A stretch of 64,000 bases of DNA from NCBI GenBank assembly GCA_047518015.1, contig JAKZRS010000034.1, forward strand, positions 9,382 to 73,381, read 5' to 3'. The notes below the pieces were generated by a model. The model searched no databases and had not been told where the DNA came from. It saw only the letters and a list, made by a program, of their open reading frames with translations. The DNA is from Thermodesulfobacteriota bacterium (lineage in GTDB: Bacteria; Desulfobacterota_D; UBA1144; Nemesobacterales; Nemesobacteraceae). This document shows, one piece after another, positions 62,125-64,000 of this stretch (the first letter of the stretch is position 1; each line of letters begins with the position of its first letter). The translations under genes and the position numbers were made by a program.

Positions 62125-63348
62125 ATGGAATCTTTTATATCGAAAAACAGGCTGGTTCTGGGAATAATCGCGGGCGTTCTTCTGGGCGGAGCCGTGGGTT
62201 CGTTTTTCCCCGAGTTCGGCGCAGGAACACAAATTATCGGGGAGCTTTTCCTAAACGCCCTTAAGATGGTGGTGCTTCCCCTCATAATAGTTTCAATCAC
62301 GCTCAGCATAATGAAAGTCGGCAACCTGGGGTCTTTGGGACTTAAAACCATCGCCTACTACGCGGCAACTACCGCGATAGCCGTTTCAATCGGAATAGTC
62401 GTAGTCACAATGGTGCAGCCCGGGGACGGAAGCGAGATACTCAAGGGAACAATGCCTGAGGTCGTAAAAAGCAAGGAGGGGTTCCGCGTAACCGATATCT
62501 TCAAACAGATATCAACGCCGAATCTTTTCAAGTCCGCCTACGAATTCCAGATTCTTCCCATCGTAATTGCGTCTCTTCTTTTCGGAATAGCGTTTGGAAA
62601 ACTCAAAAAAGAAAAGCAGCTGGTCTTGGACTTGTTTGAAGCCATGGACAAAGCCATAATGAAGATAGTCCACTGGATAATCGTCTTGACTCCGATAGGC
62701 ATTTTTGGTCTCATAGCCGGAAAAATCGGAGAAGCGGGCGGCGGGGATGAAGTACTGAGAATAGCCATGCAGCTGGGCAAATACGTGTTCTGCGTCCTTC
62801 TCGGACTGCTGATCCACGGGTTCGTGGTTCTTCCTCTGCTGCTGCGGATATTATCCGGGAGGAACCCTGTTACCTATTTCAAAAACCTGAGCGAAACGCT
62901 TCTCACGGCTTTTTCAACCGCGTCATCCTCAGCCACTCTGCCCCTTACCATCACAAACGTGACGGAAAACGCCAAGGTTTCGCCAAAAATCTCAAAATTC
63001 GTTCTGCCCCTTGGAGCCACAATTAACATGGACGGAACGGCTCTTTACGAGTCTGTCGCGGTAATATTCATCGCTCAGAGTTACGGAATACATCTCGGGG
63101 GAGGAGAACTCGTGGTGGTTTTCCTCACAGCAACTCTGGCGGCCATAGGAGCCGCGGGGATACCGGAGGCCGGACTCGTAACCATGGTGCTGGTACTGCA
63201 GGCCGTCGGACTCCCTATAGAAGGCATAGGGATAATACTCGCAATTGACTGGTTTCTGGACAGGTTCCGCACCACCGTAAACGTATGGGGAGACTGCATA
63301 GGAGCGGCAGTTATAGAAAAACTGGAGCCCGATGAAAACACCGGCTGA
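62125..63348 (+). CDS. dicarboxylate/amino acid:cation symporter (DAACS/GltP family)
   Basis: 407 aa polytopic membrane protein; SSSATLP and GATINMDGTALYE motifs. Confidence 0.85.
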   Translation: MESFISKNRLVLGIIAGVLLGGAVGSFFPEFGAGTQIIGELFLNALKMVVLPLIIVSITLSIMKVGNLGSLGLKTIAYYAATTAIAVSIGIVVVTMVQPGDGSEILKGTMPEVVKSKEGFRVTDIFKQISTPNLFKSAYEFQILPIVIASLLFGIAFGKLKKEKQLVLDLFEAMDKAIMKIVHWIIVLTPIGIFGLIAGKIGEAGGGDEVLRIAMQLGKYVFCVLLGLLIHGFVVLPLLLRILSGRNPVTYFKNLSETLLTAFSTASSSATLPLTITNVTENAKVSPKISKFVLPLGATINMDGTALYESVAVIFIAQSYGIHLGGGELVVVFLTATLAAIGAAGIPEAGLVTMVLVLQAVGLPIEGIGIILAIDWFLDRFRTTVNVWGDCIGAAVIEKLEPDENTG

Positions 63349-63778
63349 AAAACAAAGTGGAGCCTCAGGGAGAACTATTTCCCTTGACATAGGAACCAAG
63401 ACGATAGGGGTCGCCGTAAGCGATGAGCTTGGGATTACCGCAAACGGCGTCGGTACCATCCGGCGTAAAAACGAAGAAAAAGACCTTGCGGAACTTCGCG
63501 ATATAGTAGAGCGGTATTCCCCTTGTGAAATTCTCGTGGGGCTGCCTTACAGCCAAGACGGTTCGCTTGGAAGCAGGGCAAAAAGTATAAAGAGATTTTC
63601 CGAACGCATTCGAGATTCTCTGGGTCTTGCGGTGAAATACTGGGATGAGAGTTTTTCCACCAAGGCCGCTGAGCAGACGCTCATAGAGGCAGGGATCGGA
63701 AGGAAAAAGCGAAAGACGGTAATAGACAAGATGGCGGCTACCGTGATACTGGAAGAATATCTTATGAGCAGAAATTAG
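63332..63778 (+). CDS. ruvX: Holliday junction resolvase-like RuvX/YqgF
   Basis: ISLDIGTKTIGVAVSD N-terminal motif; 148 aa. Confidence 0.85.
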   Translation: MKTPAEKQSGASGRTISLDIGTKTIGVAVSDELGITANGVGTIRRKNEEKDLAELRDIVERYSPCEILVGLPYSQDGSLGSRAKSIKRFSERIRDSLGLAVKYWDESFSTKAAEQTLIEAGIGRKKRKTVIDKMAATVILEEYLMSRN

Positions 63779-63801
63779 ATAAGCCCCAGAGTAAAACTGA
63801 T

Positions 63802-64000
63802 ATGCCATATGCAAAGACAAACGGAATAAGCCTTTATTACGAAGAATACGGACAAGGAGACCCACTTGTGCTCATCCACGGCCTTGGGAGCACTCTTGAG
63901 AGCTGGTCAGTACAAGTACCTATCTACTCGGAACATTTCCGCGTAATAGTGTTTGACAACAGGGGCTCGGGCCGCTCCGAGAAACCCGATTATCCGTACA
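63802..64000 (+). CDS. alpha/beta-hydrolase-fold protein (N-terminal part; the gene runs off the window end)
   Basis: MPYAKTNGISLYYEEYGQGDPLVLIHGLGSTLESW ... FDNRGSGRS, the typical alpha/beta-hydrolase N-terminus. Confidence 0.6.
   Translation, partial: MPYAKTNGISLYYEEYGQGDPLVLIHGLGSTLESWSVQVPIYSEHFRVIVFDNRGSGRSEKPDYPY

Overview
This 64 kb window comes from a Gram-negative (diderm) bacterium with roughly 50% GC. The diderm call rests on LspA, TonB, an outer-membrane beta-barrel protein and the GspD secretin. Most of the window is housekeeping genes, many on the minus strand: a partial htrA-like protease, aroK, ribE, lspA, tonB-like, greA, carB, thiC, tsaD, coaX, guaA, guaB, mltG, proB, a Sir2/cobB deacylase, gyrA, rsmD, coaD, hom, ntrB-ntrC, rnc, glnB-glnA and ruvX. 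There are four tRNA genes: Gly-GCC, Ala-GGC, Ala-CGC and Leu-CAG. A complete-looking type II secretion operon gspC-D-E-F-G-H-I-J-K sits on the minus strand at 49.8-59.4 kb and ends directly on tRNA-Leu, with no gspL or gspM after it. Accessory content includes a hipB-hipA toxin-antitoxin pair, a MoxR AAA+/VWA pair next to an outer-membrane protein, and a 911-aa fusion protein (cNMP-binding x2 - acyltransferase - SGNH hydrolase). A BtrH_N/DUF4872 - DUF1152 - DUF3568 gene trio lies next to the T2SS operon. The strongest candidate for something new is a two-gene plus-strand insert at about 6.5-8.8 kb, between carB and thiC. Both of its proteins carry PD-(D/E)xK nuclease motifs: one is Mrr_cat-like (ExK), the other RecB/Cas4-like (ExK plus QxxxY). 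It is separated by an AT-rich palindromic spacer and may be an uncharacterised defence or nuclease module. The thiC leader has a partial TPP-riboswitch-like motif string. The glnB-glnA upstream region has an NtrC-type dyad and a weak sigma-54-like element. No CRISPR array, rRNA, transposase or integrase was seen.
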